Assembly: GCA_964016885.1 (NCBI GenBank)
Contig: OZ024763.1
Coordinates: 25,048,001-25,112,000 of the forward strand
Source of the DNA: Eledone cirrhosa
Lineage: Eukaryota
Direction: 5' to 3'
Length of the DNA: 64,000 bases
The translations under genes were made by a program, and so were the position numbers. Every line of letters begins with the position of its first letter. The first letter of the stretch is position 1. Below the pieces are notes generated by a model. The model ran no database searches, was not told the origin of the DNA, and saw only the letters and a list, made by a program, of their open reading frames with translations. Of this stretch, positions 15,101 to 30,610 are shown piece by piece.

Positions 15101-18100
15101 TTGAACAAGACACTTTATTTCACGTTACTCCAGTCCACTGTGTCCTTCAACAAGACACTTTATTTCACGTTGCTCCAGTCCACTGTGTCCTTGAACAAGA
15201 CACTTTATTTCACGTTACTCCAGTCCACTGTGTCCTTGAACAAGACACTTTATTACACGTTACTCCAGTCCACTGTGTCCTTGAACAAGACACTTTATTA
15301 CACGTTACTCCAGTCCACTGTGTCCTTCAACAAGACACTTTATTACACGTTACTCCAGTCCACTGTGTCCTTGAACAAGACACTTTATTACACGTTACTC
15401 CAGTCCACTGTGTCCTTAAACAAGACACTTTATTACACGTTACTCCAGTCCACTGTGTCCTTGAACAAGACACTTTATTACACGTTACTCCAGTCCACTG
15501 TGTCCTTGAACAAGACACTTTATTTCACGTTACTCCAGTCCACTGTGTCCTTCAACAAGACACTTTATTACACGTTACTCCAGTCCACTGTGTCCTTGAA
15601 CAAGACACTTTAATACACGTTACTCCAGTCCACTGTGTCCTTGAACAAGACACTTTATTACACGTTACTCCAGTCCACTGTGTCCTTGAACAAGACACTT
15701 TATTACACGTTACTCCAGTCCACTGTGTCCTTGAACAAGACACTTTATTTCACGTTACTCCAGTCCACTGTGTCCTTCAACAAGACACTTTATTTCACGT
15801 TACTCCAGTCCACTGTGTCCTTCAACAAGACACTTTATTTCACGTTACTCCAGTCCACTGTGTCCTTCAACAAGACACTTTATTTCACGTTACTCCAGTC
15901 CACTGTGTCCTTCAACAAGACACTTTATTTCACGTTACTCCAGTCCACTGTGTCCTTCAACAAGACACTTTATTTCACGTTACTCCAGTCCAGTATGTCC
16001 TTGAACAAGACACTTTATTTCACGTTACTCCAGTCCACGTTGTCCTTGAGCAAGACACTTTATTTCACGTTACTCCAGTCCAGTATGTCCTTCAACAAGA
16101 CACTTTATTTCACGTTACTCCAGTCCACTGTGTCCTTCAACAAGACAGTTTATTTCACGTTACTCCAGTCCACTGTGTCCTTGAACAAGACACTTTATTT
16201 CACGTTACTCCAGTCCACTGTGTCCTTCAACAAGACACTTTATTTCACGTTGCTCCAGTCCACTGTGTCCTTGAACAAGACACTTTATTTCACGTTGCTC
16301 CAGTCCACTGTGTCCTTGAACAAGACACTTTATTTCACGTTGCTGCAGTCCAGTATGTCCTTCAACATGACACTTTATTTCACGTTACTCCAGTCCACTA
16401 TGTCCTTCAACAAGACACTTTATTTCACGTTACTCCAGTCCACTGTGTCCTTGAACAAGACACTTTATTTCACGTTACTCCAGTCCACTGTGTCCTTCAA
16501 CAAGACACTTTATTTCACGTTACTCCAGTCCACTGTGTCCTTGAACAAGACACTTTATTTCACGTTACTCCAGTCCACTGTGTCCTTGAACAAGACACTT
16601 TATTTCACGTTACTCCAGTCCACTGTGTCCTTCAACAAGACACTTTATTTCACGTTACTCCAGTCCACTGTGTCCTTCAACAAGACACTTTATTTCACGT
16701 TACTCCAGTCCACTGTGTCCTTCAACAAGACACTTTATTTCACGTTACTCCAGTCCACTGTGTCCTTCAACAAGACACTTTATTTCACGTTACTCCAGTC
16801 CACTGTGTCCTTCAACAAGACACTTTATTTCACGTTACTCCAGTCCACTGTGTCCTTCAACAAGACACTTTATTTCACGTTACTCCAGTCCACTGTGTCC
16901 TTCAACAAGACACTTTATTTCACGTTACTCCAGTCCACTGTGTCCTTCAACAAGACACTTTATTTCACGTTACTCCAGTCCACTGTGTCCTTCAACAAGA
17001 CACTTTATTTCACGTTACTCCAGTCCACTGTGTCCTTCAACAAGACACTTTATTTCACGTTACTCCAGTCCACTATGTCCTTGAACAAGACACTTTATTT
17101 CACGTTACTCCAGTCCACTATGTCCTTGAACAAGACACTTTATTTCACGTTACTCCAGTCCACTGTGTCCTTGAACAAGACACTTTATTTCACGTTACTC
17201 CAGTCCACTATGTCCTTGAACAAGACACTTTATTTCACGTTACTCCAGTCCACTGTGTCCTTGAACAAGACACTTTATTTCACGTTACTCCAGTCCACTA
17301 TGTCCTTCAACAAGACACTTTATTTCACGTTGCTCCAGTCCACTATGTCCTTCAACAAGACACTTTATTTCACGTTGCTCCAGTCCACTATGTCCTTCAA
17401 CAAGACACTTTAATTCACGTTACTCCAGTCCACTATGTCCTTCAACAAGACACTTTATTTCACGTTACTCCAGTCCACTATGTCCTTCAACAAGACACTT
17501 TATTTCACGTTACTGCAGTCCAGTATGTCCTTGAACAAGACACTTTATTTCACGTTACTCCAGTCCACTATGTCCTTGAACAAGACACTTTATTTCACGT
17601 TACTCCAGTCCACTGTGTCCTTCAACAAGACACTTTACTTCACGTTGCTCCAGTCCACTGTGTCCTTGAACAAGACACTTTATTTCACGTTACTCCAGTC
17701 CACTGTGTCCTTCAACAAGACACTTTATTTCACGTTGCTCCAGTCCACTGTGTCCTTGAACAAGACACTTTATTTCACGTTACTCCAGTCCACTGTGTCC
17801 TTGAACAAGACACTTTATTACACGTTACTCCAGTCCACTGTGTCCTTGAACAAGACACTTTATTACACGTTACTCCAGTCCACTGTGTCCTTCAACAAGA
17901 CACTTTATTACACGTTACTCCAGTCCACTGTGTCCTTCAACAAGACACTTTATTACACGTTACTCCAGTCCACTGTGTCCTTGAACAAGACACTTTATTA
18001 CACGTTACTCCAGTCCACTGTGTCCTTGAACAAGACACTTTATTACACGTTACTCCAGTCCACTGTGTCCTTGAACAAGACACTTTATTTCACGTTACTC

Positions 18101-21100
18101 CAGTCCACTGTGTCCTTCAACAAGACACTTTATTACACGTTACTCCAGTCCACTGTGTCCTTGAACAAGACACTTTATTACACGTTACTCCAGTCCACTG
18201 TGTCCTTGAACAAGACACTTTATTACACGTTACTCCAGTCCACTGTGTCCTTGAACAAGACACTTTATTACACGTTACTCCAGTCCACTGTGTCCTTGAA
18301 CAAGACACTTTATTTCACGTTACTCCAGTCCACTGTGTCCTTCAACAAGACACTTTATTACACGTTACTCCAGTCCACTGTGTCCTTGAACAAGACACTT
18401 TATTACACGTTACTCCAGTCCACTGTGTCCTTGAACAAGACACTTTATTTCACGTTAATCCAGTCCACTGTGTCCTTGAACAAGACACTTTATTTCACGT
18501 TACTCCAGTCCACTATGTCCTTCAACAAGACACTTTATTTCACGTTACTCCAGTCCACTATGTCCTTCAACAAGACACTTTATTTCACGTTGCTCCAGTC
18601 CACTATGTCCTTCAACAAGACACTTTATTTCACGTTGCTCCAGTCCACTATGTCCTTCAACAAGACACTTTATTTCACGTTACTCCAGTCCACTATGTCC
18701 TTCAACAAGACACTTTATTTCACGTTGCTCCAGTCCACTATGTCCTTCAACAAGACACTTTATTTCACGTTACTGCAGTCCAGTATGTCCTTGAACAAGA
18801 CACTTTATTTCACGTTACTCCAGTCCACTATGTCCTTGAACAAGACACTTTATTTCACGTTACTCCAGTCCACTGTGTCCTTGAACAAGACACTTTATTA
18901 CACGTTACTCCAGTCCACTGTGTCCTTGAACAAGACACTTTATTTCACGTTACTCCAGTCCACTGTGTCCTTCAACAAGACACTTTATTACACGTTACTC
19001 CAGTCCACTGTGTCCTTGAACAAGACACTTTATTACACGTTACTCCAGTCCACTGTGTCCTTCAACAAGACACTTTATTACACGTTACTCCAGTCCACTG
19101 TGTCCTTGAACAAGACACTTTATTACACGTTACTCCAGTCCACTGTGTCCTTGAACAAGACACTTTATTACACGTTACTCCAGTCCACTGTGTCCTTGAA
19201 CAAGACACTTTATTTCACGTTACTCCAGTCCACTGTGTCCTTCAACAAGACACTTTATTTCACGTTACTCCAGTCCACTGTGTCCTTCAACAAAACACTT
19301 TATTTCACGTTACTCCAGTCCACTGTGTCCTTCAACAAGACACTTTATTTCACGTTACTCCAGTCCACTGTGTCCTTCAACAAGACACTTTATTTCACGT
19401 TACTCCAGTCCAGTATGTCCTTGAACAAGACACTTTTTTTCACGTTACTCCAGTCCACGTTGTCCTTGAGCAAGACACTTTATTTCACGTTACTCCAGTC
19501 CAGTATGTCCTTCAACAAGACACTTTATTTCACGTTACTCCAGTCCACTGTGTCCTTCAACAAGACACTTTATTTCACGTTACTCCAGTCCACTGTGTCC
19601 TTGAACAAGACACTTTATTTCACGTTACTCCAGTCCACTGTGTCCTTCAACAAGACACTTTATTTCACGTTGCTCCAGTCCACTGTGTCCTTGAACAAGA
19701 CACTTTATTTCACGTTGCTCCAGTCCACTGTGTCCTTGAACAAGACACTTTATTTCACGTTGCTGCAGTCCAGTATGTCCTTCAACATGACACTTTATTT
19801 CACGTTACTCCAGTCCACTATGTCCTTCAACAAGACACTTTATTTCACGTTACTCCAGTCCACTGTGTCCTTGAACAAGACACTTTATTACACGTTACTC
19901 CAGTCCACTGTGTCCTTGAACAAGACACTTTATTACACGTTACTCCAGTCCACTGTGTCCTTGAACAAGACACTTTATTTCACGTTACTCCAGTCCACTG
20001 TGTCCTTCAACAAGACACTTTATTTCACGTTACTCCAGTCCACTATGTCCTTGAACAAGACACTTTATTACACGTTACTCCAGACCACTATGTCCTTGAA
20101 CAAGACACTTTATTTCACGTTACTCCAGTCCACTATGTCCTTGAACAAGACACTTTATTTCACGTTACTCCAGTCCACTATGTCCTTCAGCAAGACACTT
20201 TATTTCACGTTACTCCAGTCCACTGTGTCCTTGAGCAAGACACTTTATTTCACGTTACTCCAGTCCACTGTGTCCTTCAACAAGACACTTTATTTCACGT
20301 TACTCCAGTCCACCGTGTCCTTGAGCAAGACACTTTATTTCACGTTGCTCCAGTCCACTATGTCCTTCAGCAAGACACTTTATTTCACGTTACTCCAGTC
20401 CACCGTGTCCTTGAGCAAGACACTTTATTTCACGTTGCTCCAGTCCACTATGTCCTTCAACAAGACACTTTATTTCACGTTACTCCAGTCCAGTATGTCC
20501 TTCAACAAGACACTTTATTTCACGTTACTCCAGTCCAGTATGTCCTTCAACAAGACACTTTATTTCACGTTACTCCAGTCCACTATGTCCTTCAACAAGA
20601 CACTTTATTTCACGTTACTCCAGTCCACTATGTCCTTCAACAAGACACTTTATTTCACGTTACTCCAGTCCAGTATGTCCTTCAACAAGACACTTTATTT
20701 CACGTTACTCCAGTCCAGTATGTGCTTCAACAAGACACTTTATTTCACGTTACTCCAGTCCAGTATGTCCTTCAACAAGACACTTTATTTCACGTTACTC
20801 CAGTCCACTATGTCCTTCAACAAGACACTTTATTTCACGTTACTCCAGTCCACTATGTCCTTCAACAAGACACTTTATTTCACGTTACTCCAGTCCAGTA
20901 TGTCCTTCAACAAGACACTTTATTTCACGTTACTCCAGTCCAGTATGTCCTTCAACAAGACACTTTATTTCACGTTACTCCAGTCCAGTATGTCCTTCAA
21001 CAAGACACTTTATTTCACGTTACTCCAGTCCACTATGTCCTTCAACAAGACAATTTATTTCACGTTACTCCAGTCCACTATGTCCTTCAACAAGACACTT

Positions 21101-24100
21101 TATTTCACGTTACTCCAGTCCAGTATGTCCTTCAACAAGACACTTTATTTCACGTTACTCCAGTCCAGTATGTCCTTCAACAAGACACTTTATTTCACGT
21201 TACTCCAGTCCAGTATGTCCTTCAACAAGACACTTTATTTCACGTTACTCCAGTCCACTATGTCCTTCAACAAGACACTTTATTTCACGTTACTCCAGTC
21301 CACTATGTCCTTCAACAAGACACTTTATTTCACGTTACTCCAGTCCAGTATGTCCTTCAACAAGACACTTTAATACACGTTACTCCAGTCCACTGTGTCC
21401 TTGAACAAGACACTTTATTACACGTTACTCCAGTCCACTGTGTCCTTGAACAAGACACTTTATTACACGTTACTCCAGTCCACTGTGTCCTTGAACAAGA
21501 CACTTTATTTCACGTTACTCCAGTCCACTGTGTCCTTCAACAAGACACTTTATTTCACGTTACTCCAGTCCACTGTGTCCTTCAACAAGACACTTTATTT
21601 CACGTTACTCCAGTCCACTATGTCCTTCAACAAGACACTTTATTTCACGTTACTCCAGTCCACTATGTCCTTCAACAAGACACTTTATTTCACGTTACTC
21701 CAGTCCAGTATGTCCTTCAACAAGACACTTTATTTCACGTTACTCCAGTCCACTATGTCCTTCAACAAGACACTTTATTTCACGTTACTCCAGTCCAGTA
21801 TGTCCTTCAACAAGACACTTTATTTCACGTTACTCCAGTCCAGTATGTCCTTCAACAAGACACTTTATTTCACGTTACTCCAGTCCACTATGTCCTTCAA
21901 CAAGACACTTTATTTCACGTTACTCCAGTCCACTATGTCCTTCAACAAGACACTTTATTTCACGTTACTCCAGTCCACTATGTCCTTCAACAAGACACTT
22001 TATTTCACGTTACTCCAGTCCACTGTGTCCTTGAACAAGACACTTTATTTCACGTTACTCCAGTCCACTGTGTCCTTCAACAAGACACTTTATTTCACGT
22101 TACTCCAGTCCACTGTGTCCTTCAACAAGACACTTTATTTCACGTTACTCCAGTCCACTGTGTCCTTGAACAAGACACTTTATTTCACGTTACTCCAGTC
22201 CACTGTGTCCTTGAACAAGACACTTTATTTCACGTTACTCCAGTCCACTATGTCCTTCAACAAGACACTTTATTTCACGTTACTCCAGTCCACTGTGTCC
22301 TTCAACAAGACACTTTATTTCACGTTACTCCAGTCCACTGTGTCCTTGAACAAGACACTTTATTTCACGTTACTCCAGTCCAGTATGTCCTTGAACAAGA
22401 CACTTTATTACACGTTGCTCCAGTCCACTGTGTCCTTCAACAAGACACTTTAATTCACGTTACTCCAGTCCACTATGTCCTTGAACAAGACACTTTATTT
22501 CACGTTACTCCAGTCCACTATGTCCTTCAACAAGACACTTTATTTCACGTTACTCCAGTCCACTGTGTCCTTGAACAAGACACTTTATTTCACGTTACTC
22601 CAGTCCACTGTGTCCTTCAACAAGACACTTTATTTCACGTTACTCCAGTCCACTGTGTCCTTCAACAAGACACTTTATTTCACGTTACTCCAGTCCACTG
22701 TGTCCTTGAACAAGACACTTTATTTCACGTTACTCCAGTCCACTGTGTCCTTCAACAAGACACTTTATTTCACGTTACTCCAGTCCACTGTGTCCTTCAA
22801 CAAGACACTTTATTTCACGTTACTCCAGTCCACTATGTCCTTCAACAAGACACTTTATTTCACGTTACTCCAGTCCACTGTGTCCTTCAACAAGACACTT
22901 TATTTCACGTTACTCCAGTCCACTATGTCCTTGAACAAGACACTTTATTTCACGTTACTCCAGTCCACTGTGTCCTTCAACAAGACACTTTATTTCACGT
23001 TACTCCAGTCCACTGTGTCCTTCAACAAGACACTTTATTTCACGTTACTCCAGTCCAGTATGTCCTTGAACAAGACACTTTATTTCACGTTACTCCAGTC
23101 CACTATGTCCTTGAACAAGACACTTTATTTCACGTTACTCCAGTCCACTGTGTCCTTCAACAAGACACTTTATTTCACGTTACTCCAGTCCACTGTGTCC
23201 TTCAACAAGACACTTTATTTCACGTTACTCCAGTCCACTGTGTCCTTCAACAAGACACTTTATTTCACGTTACTCCAGTCCACTGTGTCCTTCAACAAGA
23301 CACTTTAATTCACGTTACTCCAGTCCACTATGTCCTTGAACAAGACACTTTATTTCACGTTACTCCAGTCCACTGTCTCCTTCAACAAGACACTTTATTT
23401 CACGTTGCTCCAGTCCACTGTGTCCTTCAACAAGACACTTTATTTCACGTTACTCCAGTCCACTGTGTCCTTCAACAAGACACTTTATTTCACGTTGCTC
23501 CAGTCCACTGTGTCCTTCAACAAGACACTTTATTTCACGTTACTCCAGTCCACTGTGTCCTTCAACAAGACACTTTATTTCACGTTGCTCCAGTCCACTG
23601 TGTCCTTCAACAAGACACTTTATTTCACGTTGCTCCAGTCCACTGTGTCCTTCAACAAGACACTTTATTTCACGTTACTCCAGTCCACTATGTCCTTCAG
23701 CAAGTCACTTTATTTCACGTTGCTGCAGTCCACTATGTCCTTGAACAAGACACTTTATTTCACGTTGCTCCAGTCCACTGTGTCCTTCAACAAGACACTT
23801 TATTTCACGTTACTCCAGTCCACTGTGTCCTTGAACAAGACACTTTATTTCACGTTACTCCAGTCCAGTATGTCCTTCAACAAGACACTTTATTTCACGT
23901 TACTCCAGTCCAGTATGTCCTTCAACAAAACACTTTATTTCACGTTACTCGAGTCCACTATGTCTTTCAACAAGACACTTTATTTCACGTTACTCCAGTC
24001 CACTGTGTCCTTGAACAAGACACTTTATTTCACGTTACTCCAGTCCACTGTGTCCTTGAACAAGACACTTTATTTCACGTTACTCCAGTCCACTGTGTCC

Positions 24101-27100
24101 TTCAACAAGACACTTTATTTCACGTTGCTCCAGTCCAGTATGTCCTTCAACAAGACACTTTATTTCACGTTACTCCAGTCCACTGTGTCCTTGAACAAGA
24201 CACTTTATTTCACGTTACTCCAGTCCAGTATGTCCTTGAACAAGACACTTTATTTCACGTTACTCCAGTCCAGTATGTCCTTCAACAAGACACTTTATTT
24301 CACGTTACTCCAGTCCACTGTGTCCTTGAACAAGACACTTTATTTCACGTTACTCCAGTCCACTGTGTCCTTGAACAAGACACTTTATTTCACGTTACTC
24401 CAGTCCACGTTGTCCTTGAACAAGACACTTTATTTCACGTTACTCCAGTCCACTGTGTCCTTGAACAAGACACTTTATTTCACGTTACTCCAGTCCACTA
24501 TGTCCTTGAACAAGACACTTTATTTCACGTTACTCCAGTCCACTATGTCCTTCAACAAGACACTTTATTTCACGTTACTCCAGTCCACTGTGTCCTTCAA
24601 CAAGACACTTTATTTCACGTTACTCCAGTCCACTATGTCCTTCAACAAGACACTTTATTACACGTTACTCCAGTCCACTGTGTCCTTGAACAAGACACTT
24701 TATTTCACGTTACTCCAGTCCACTATGTCCTTCAACAAGACACTTTATTTCACGTTGCTCCAGTCCACTATGTCCTTCAACAAGACACTTTATTTCACGT
24801 TACTCCAGTCCACTATGTCCTTCAACAAGACACTTTATTTCACGTTACTCCAGTCCACTGTGTCCTTCAACAAGACACTTTATTTCACGTTACTCCAGTC
24901 CACTATGTCCTTGAACAAGACACTTTATTTCACGTTACTCCAGTCCACGTTGTCCTTGAGCAAGACACTTTATTTCACGTTACTCCAGTCCAGTATGTCC
25001 TTCAACAAGACACTTTATTTCACGTTACTCCAGTCCACTGTGTCCTTCAACAAGACACTTTATTTCACGTTACTCCAGTCCACTGTGTCCTTGAACAAGA
25101 CACTTTATTTCACGTTACTCCAGTCCACTGTGTCCTTCAACAAGACACTTTATTTCACGTTGCTCCAGTCCACTGTGTCCTTGAACAAGACACTTTATTT
25201 CACGTTGCTCCAGTCCACTGTGTCCTTGAACAAGACACTTTATTTCACGTTACTCCAGTCCAGTATGTCCTTGAACAAGACACTTTATTTCACGTTACTC
25301 CAGTCCAGTATGTCCTTGAACAAGACACTTTATTTCACGTTACTCCAGTCCACTATGTCCTTGAACAAGACACTTTATTTCACGTTACTCCAGTCCACTG
25401 TGTCCTTGAACAAGACACTTTATTTCACGTTACTCCAGTCCACTATGTCCTTCAACAAGACACTTTATTTCACGTTACTCCAGTCCACTATGTCCTTCAA
25501 CAAGACACTTTATTTCACGTTGCTCCAGTCCACTATGTCCTTCAACAAGACACTTTATTTCACGTTGCTCCAGTCCACTATGTCCTTCAACAAGACACTT
25601 TATTTCACGTTACTCCAGTCCACCATGTCCTTCAACAAGACACTTTATTTCACGGTGCTCCAGTCCACTATGTCCTTCAACAAGACACTTTATTTCACGT
25701 TACTGCAGTCCAGTATGTCCTTGAACAAGACACTTTATTTCACGTTACTCCAGTCCACTATGTCCTTGAACAAGACACTTTATTTCACGTTACTCCAGTC
25801 CACTGTGTCCTTCAACAAGACACTTTACTTCACGTTCTCCAGTCCACTGTGTCCTTGAACAAGACACTTTATTTCACGTTACTCCAGTCCACTGTGTCCT
25901 TCAACAAGACACTTTATTTCACGTTGCTCCAGTCCACTGTGTCCTTGAACAAGACACTTTATTTCACGTTACTCCAGTCCACTGTGTCCTTGAACAAGAC
26001 ACTTTATTACACGTTACTCCAGTCCACTGTGTCCTTGAACAAGACACTTTATTACACGTTACTCCAGTCCACTGTGTCCTTCAACAAGACACTTTATTAC
26101 ACGTTACTCCAGTCCACTGTGTCCTTGAACAAGACACTTTATTACACGTTACTCCAGTCCACTGTGTCCTTGAACAAGACACTTTATTACACGTTACTCC
26201 AGTCCACTGTGTCCTTGAACAAGACACTTTATTACACGTTACTCCAGTCCACTGTGTCCTTGAACAAGACACTTTATTTCACGTTACTCCAGTCCACTGT
26301 GTCCTTCAACAAGACACTTTATTACACGTTACTCCAGTCCACTGTGTCCTTGAACAAGACACTTTAATACACGTTACTCCAGTCCACTGTGTCCTTGAAC
26401 AAGACACTTTATTACACGTTACTCCAGTCCACTGTGTCCTTGAACAAGACACTTTATTACACGTTACTCCAGTCCACTGTGTCCTTGAACAAGACACTTT
26501 ATTTCACGTTACTCCAGTCCACTGTGTCCTTCAACAAGACACTTTATTTCACGTTACTCCAGTCCACTGTGTCCTTCAACAAGACACTTTATTTCACGTT
26601 ACTCCAGTCCACTGTGTCCTTCAACAAGACACTTTATTTCACGTTACTCCAGTCCACTGTGTCCTTCAACAAGACACTTTATTTCACGTTACTCCAGTCC
26701 ACTGTGTCCTTCAACAAGACACTTTATTTCACGTTACTCCAGTCCAGTATGTCCTTGAACAAGACACTTTATTTCACGTTACTCCAGTCCACGTTGTCCT
26801 TGAGCAAGACACTTTATTTCACGTTACTCCAGTCCAGTATGTCCTTCAACAAGACACTTTATTTCACGTTACTCCAGTCCACTGTGTCCTTCAACAAGAC
26901 AGTTTATTTCACGTTACTCCAGTCCACTGTGTCCTTGAACAAGACACTTTATTTCACGTTACTCCAGTCCACTGTGTCCTTCAACAAGACACTTTATTTC
27001 ACGTTGCTCCAGTCCACTGTGTCCTTGAACAAGACACTTTATTTCACGTTGCTCCAGTCCACTGTGTCCTTGAACAAGACACTTTATTTCACGTTGCTGC

Positions 27101-30100
27101 AGTCCAGTATGTCCTTCAACATGACACTTTATTTCACGTTACTCCAGTCCACTATGTCCTTCAACAAGACACTTTATTTCACGTTACTCCAGTCCACTGT
27201 GTCCTTGAACAAGACACTTTATTTCACGTTACTCCAGTCCACTGTGTCCTTCAACAAGACACTTTATTTCACGTTACTCCAGTCCACTGTGTCCTTGAAC
27301 AAGACACTTTATTTCACGTTACTCCAGTCCACTGTGTCCTTGAACAAGACACTTTATTTCACGTTACTCCAGTCCACTGTGTCCTTCAACAAGACACTTT
27401 ATTTCACGTTACTCCAGTCCACTGTGTCCTTCAACAAGACACTTTATTTCACGTTACTCCAGTCCACTGTGTCCTTCAACAAGACACTTTATTTCACGTT
27501 ACTCCAGTCCACTGTGTCCTTCAACAAGACACTTTATTTCACGTTACTCCAGTCCACTGTGTCCTTCAACAAGACACTTTATTTCACGTTACTCCAGTCC
27601 ACTGTGTCCTTCAACAAGACACTTTATTTCACGTTACTCCAGTCCACTGTGTCCTTCAACAAGACACTTTATTTCACGTTACTCCAGTCCACTGTGTCCT
27701 TCAACAAGACACTTTATTTCACGTTACTCCAGTCCACTGTGTCCTTCAACAAGACACTTTATTTCACGTTACTCCAGTCCACTGTGTCCTTCAACAAGAC
27801 ACTTTATTTCACGTTACTCCAGTCCACTATGTCCTTGAACAAGACACTTTATTTCACGTTACTCCAGTCCACTATGTCCTTGAACAAGACACTTTATTTC
27901 ACGTTACTCCAGTCCACTGTGTCCTTGAACAAGACACTTTATTTCACGTTACTCCAGTCCACTATGTCCTTGAACAAGACACTTTATTTCACGTTACTCC
28001 AGTCCACTGTGTCCTTGAACAAGACACTTTATTTCACGTTACTCCAGTCCACTATGTCCTTCAACATGACACTTTATTTCACGTTGCTCCAGTCCACTAT
28101 GTCCTTCAACAAGACACTTTATTTCACGTTGCTCCAGTCCACTATGTCCTTCAACAAGACACTTTAATTCACGTTACTCCAGTCCACTATGTCCTTCAAC
28201 AAGACACTTTATTTCACGTTACTCCAGTCCACTATGTCCTTCAACAAGACACTTTATTTCACGTTACTGCAGTCCAGTATGTCCTTGAACAAGACACTTT
28301 ATTTCACGTTACTCCAGTCCACTATGTCCTTGAACAAGACACTTTATTTCACGTTACTCCAGTCCACTGTGTCCTTCAACAAGACACTTTACTTCACGTT
28401 GCTCCAGTCCACTGTGTCCTTGAACAAGACACTTTATTTCACGTTACTCCAGTCCACTGTGTCCTTCAACAAGACACTTTATTTCACGTTGCTCCAGTCC
28501 ACTGTGTCCTTGAACAAGACACTTTATTTCACGTTACTCCAGTCCACTGTGTCCTTGAACAAGACACTTTATTACACGTTACTCCAGTCCACTGTGTCCT
28601 TGAACAAGACACTTTATTACACGTTACTCCAGTCCACTGTGTCCTTCAACAAGACACTTTATTACACGTTACTCCAGTCCACTGTGTCCTTCAACAAGAC
28701 ACTTTATTACACGTTACTCCAGTCCACTGTGTCCTTGAACAAGACACTTTATTACACGTTACTCCAGTCCACTGTGTCCTTGAACAAGACACTTTATTAC
28801 ACGTTACTCCAGTCCACTGTGTCCTTGAACAAGACACTTTATTTCACGTTACTCCAGTCCACTGTGTCCTTCAACAAGACACTTTATTACACGTTACTCC
28901 AGTCCACTGTGTCCTTGAACAAGACACTTTATTACACGTTACTCCAGTCCACTGTGTCCTTGAACAAGACACTTTATTACACGTTACTCCAGTCCACTGT
29001 GTCCTTGAACAAGACACTTTATTACACGTTACTCCAGTCCACTGTGTCCTTGAACAAGACACTTTATTTCACGTTACTCCAGTCCACTGTGTCCTTCAAC
29101 AAGACACTTTATTACACGTTACTCCAGTCCACTGTGTCCTTGAACAAGACACTTTATTACACGTTACTCCAGTCCACTGTGTCCTTGAACAAGACACTTT
29201 ATTTCACGTTACTCCAGTCCACTGTGTCCTTGAACAAGACACTTTATTTCACGTTACTCCAGTCCACTATGTCCTTCAACAAGACACTTTATTTCACGTT
29301 ACTCCAGTCCACTATGTCCTTCAACAAGACACTTTATTTCACGTTGCTCCAGTCCACTATGTCCTTCAACAAGACACTTTATTTCACGTTGCTCCAGTCC
29401 ACTATGTCCTTCAACAAGACACTTTATTTCACGTTACTCCAGTCCACTATGTCCTTCAACAAGACACTTTATTTCACGTTGCTCCAGTCCACTATGTCCT
29501 TCAACAAGACACTTTATTTCACGTTACTGCAGTCCAGTATGTCCTTGAACAAGACACTTTATTTCACGTTACTCCAGTCCACTATGTCCTTGAACAAGAC
29601 ACTTTATTTCACGTTACTCCAGTCCACTGTGTCCTTGAACAAGACACTTTATTACACGTTACTCCAGTCCACTGTGTCCTTGAACAAGACACTTTATTTC
29701 ACGTTACTCCAGTCCACTGTGTCCTTCAACAAGACACTTTATTACACGTTACTCCAGTCCACTGTGTCCTTGAACAAGACACTTTATTACACGTTACTCC
29801 AGTCCACTGTGTCCTTCAACAAGACACTTTATTACACGTTACTCCAGTCCACTGTGTCCTTGAACAAGACACTTTATTACACGTTACTCCAGTCCACTGT
29901 GTCCTTGAACAAGACACTTTATTACACGTTACTCCAGTCCACTGTGTCCTTGAACAAGACACTTTATTTCACGTTACTCCAGTCCACTGTGTCCTTCAAC
30001 AAGACACTTTATTTCACGTTACTCCAGTCCACTGTGTCCTTCAACAAAACACTTTATTTCACGTTACTCCAGTCCACTGTGTCCTTCAACAAGACACTTT

Positions 30101-30610
30101 ATTTCACGTTACTCCAGTCCACTGTGTCCTTCAACAAGACACTTTATTTCACGTTACTCCAGTCCAGTATGTCCTTGAACAAGACACTTTTTTTCACGTT
30201 ACTCCAGTCCACGTTGTCCTTGAGCAAGACACTTTATTTCACGTTACTCCAGTCCAGTATGTCCTTCAACAAGACACTTTATTTCACGTTACTCCAGTCC
30301 ACTGTGTCCTTCAACAAGACACTTTATTTCACGTTACTCCAGTCCACTGTGTCCTTGAACAAGACACTTTATTTCACGTTACTCCAGTCCACTGTGTCCT
30401 TCAACAAGACACTTTATTTCACGTTGCTCCAGTCCACTGTGTCCTTGAACAAGACACTTTATTTCACGTTGCTCCAGTCCACTGTGTCCTTGAACAAGAC
30501 ACTTTATTTCACGTTGCTGCAGTCCAGTATGTCCTTCAACATGACACTTTATTTCACGTTACTCCAGTCCACTATGTCCTTCAACAAGACACTTTATTTC
30601 ACGTTACTCC
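9200..30610. repeat. Higher-order tandem duplication in the satellite, period 10,754 bp (239 monomers minus 1 bp)
   Basis: Rare marker variants recur at a constant offset: TAA variants 11,697/22,451, 12,552/23,306 and 17,411/28,165; the 1-bp deletion ~15,083/~25,837; AAGTCACT ~12,950/~23,704; CTCGAG ~13,195/~23,949. Boundaries are approximate. Confidence 0.9.
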
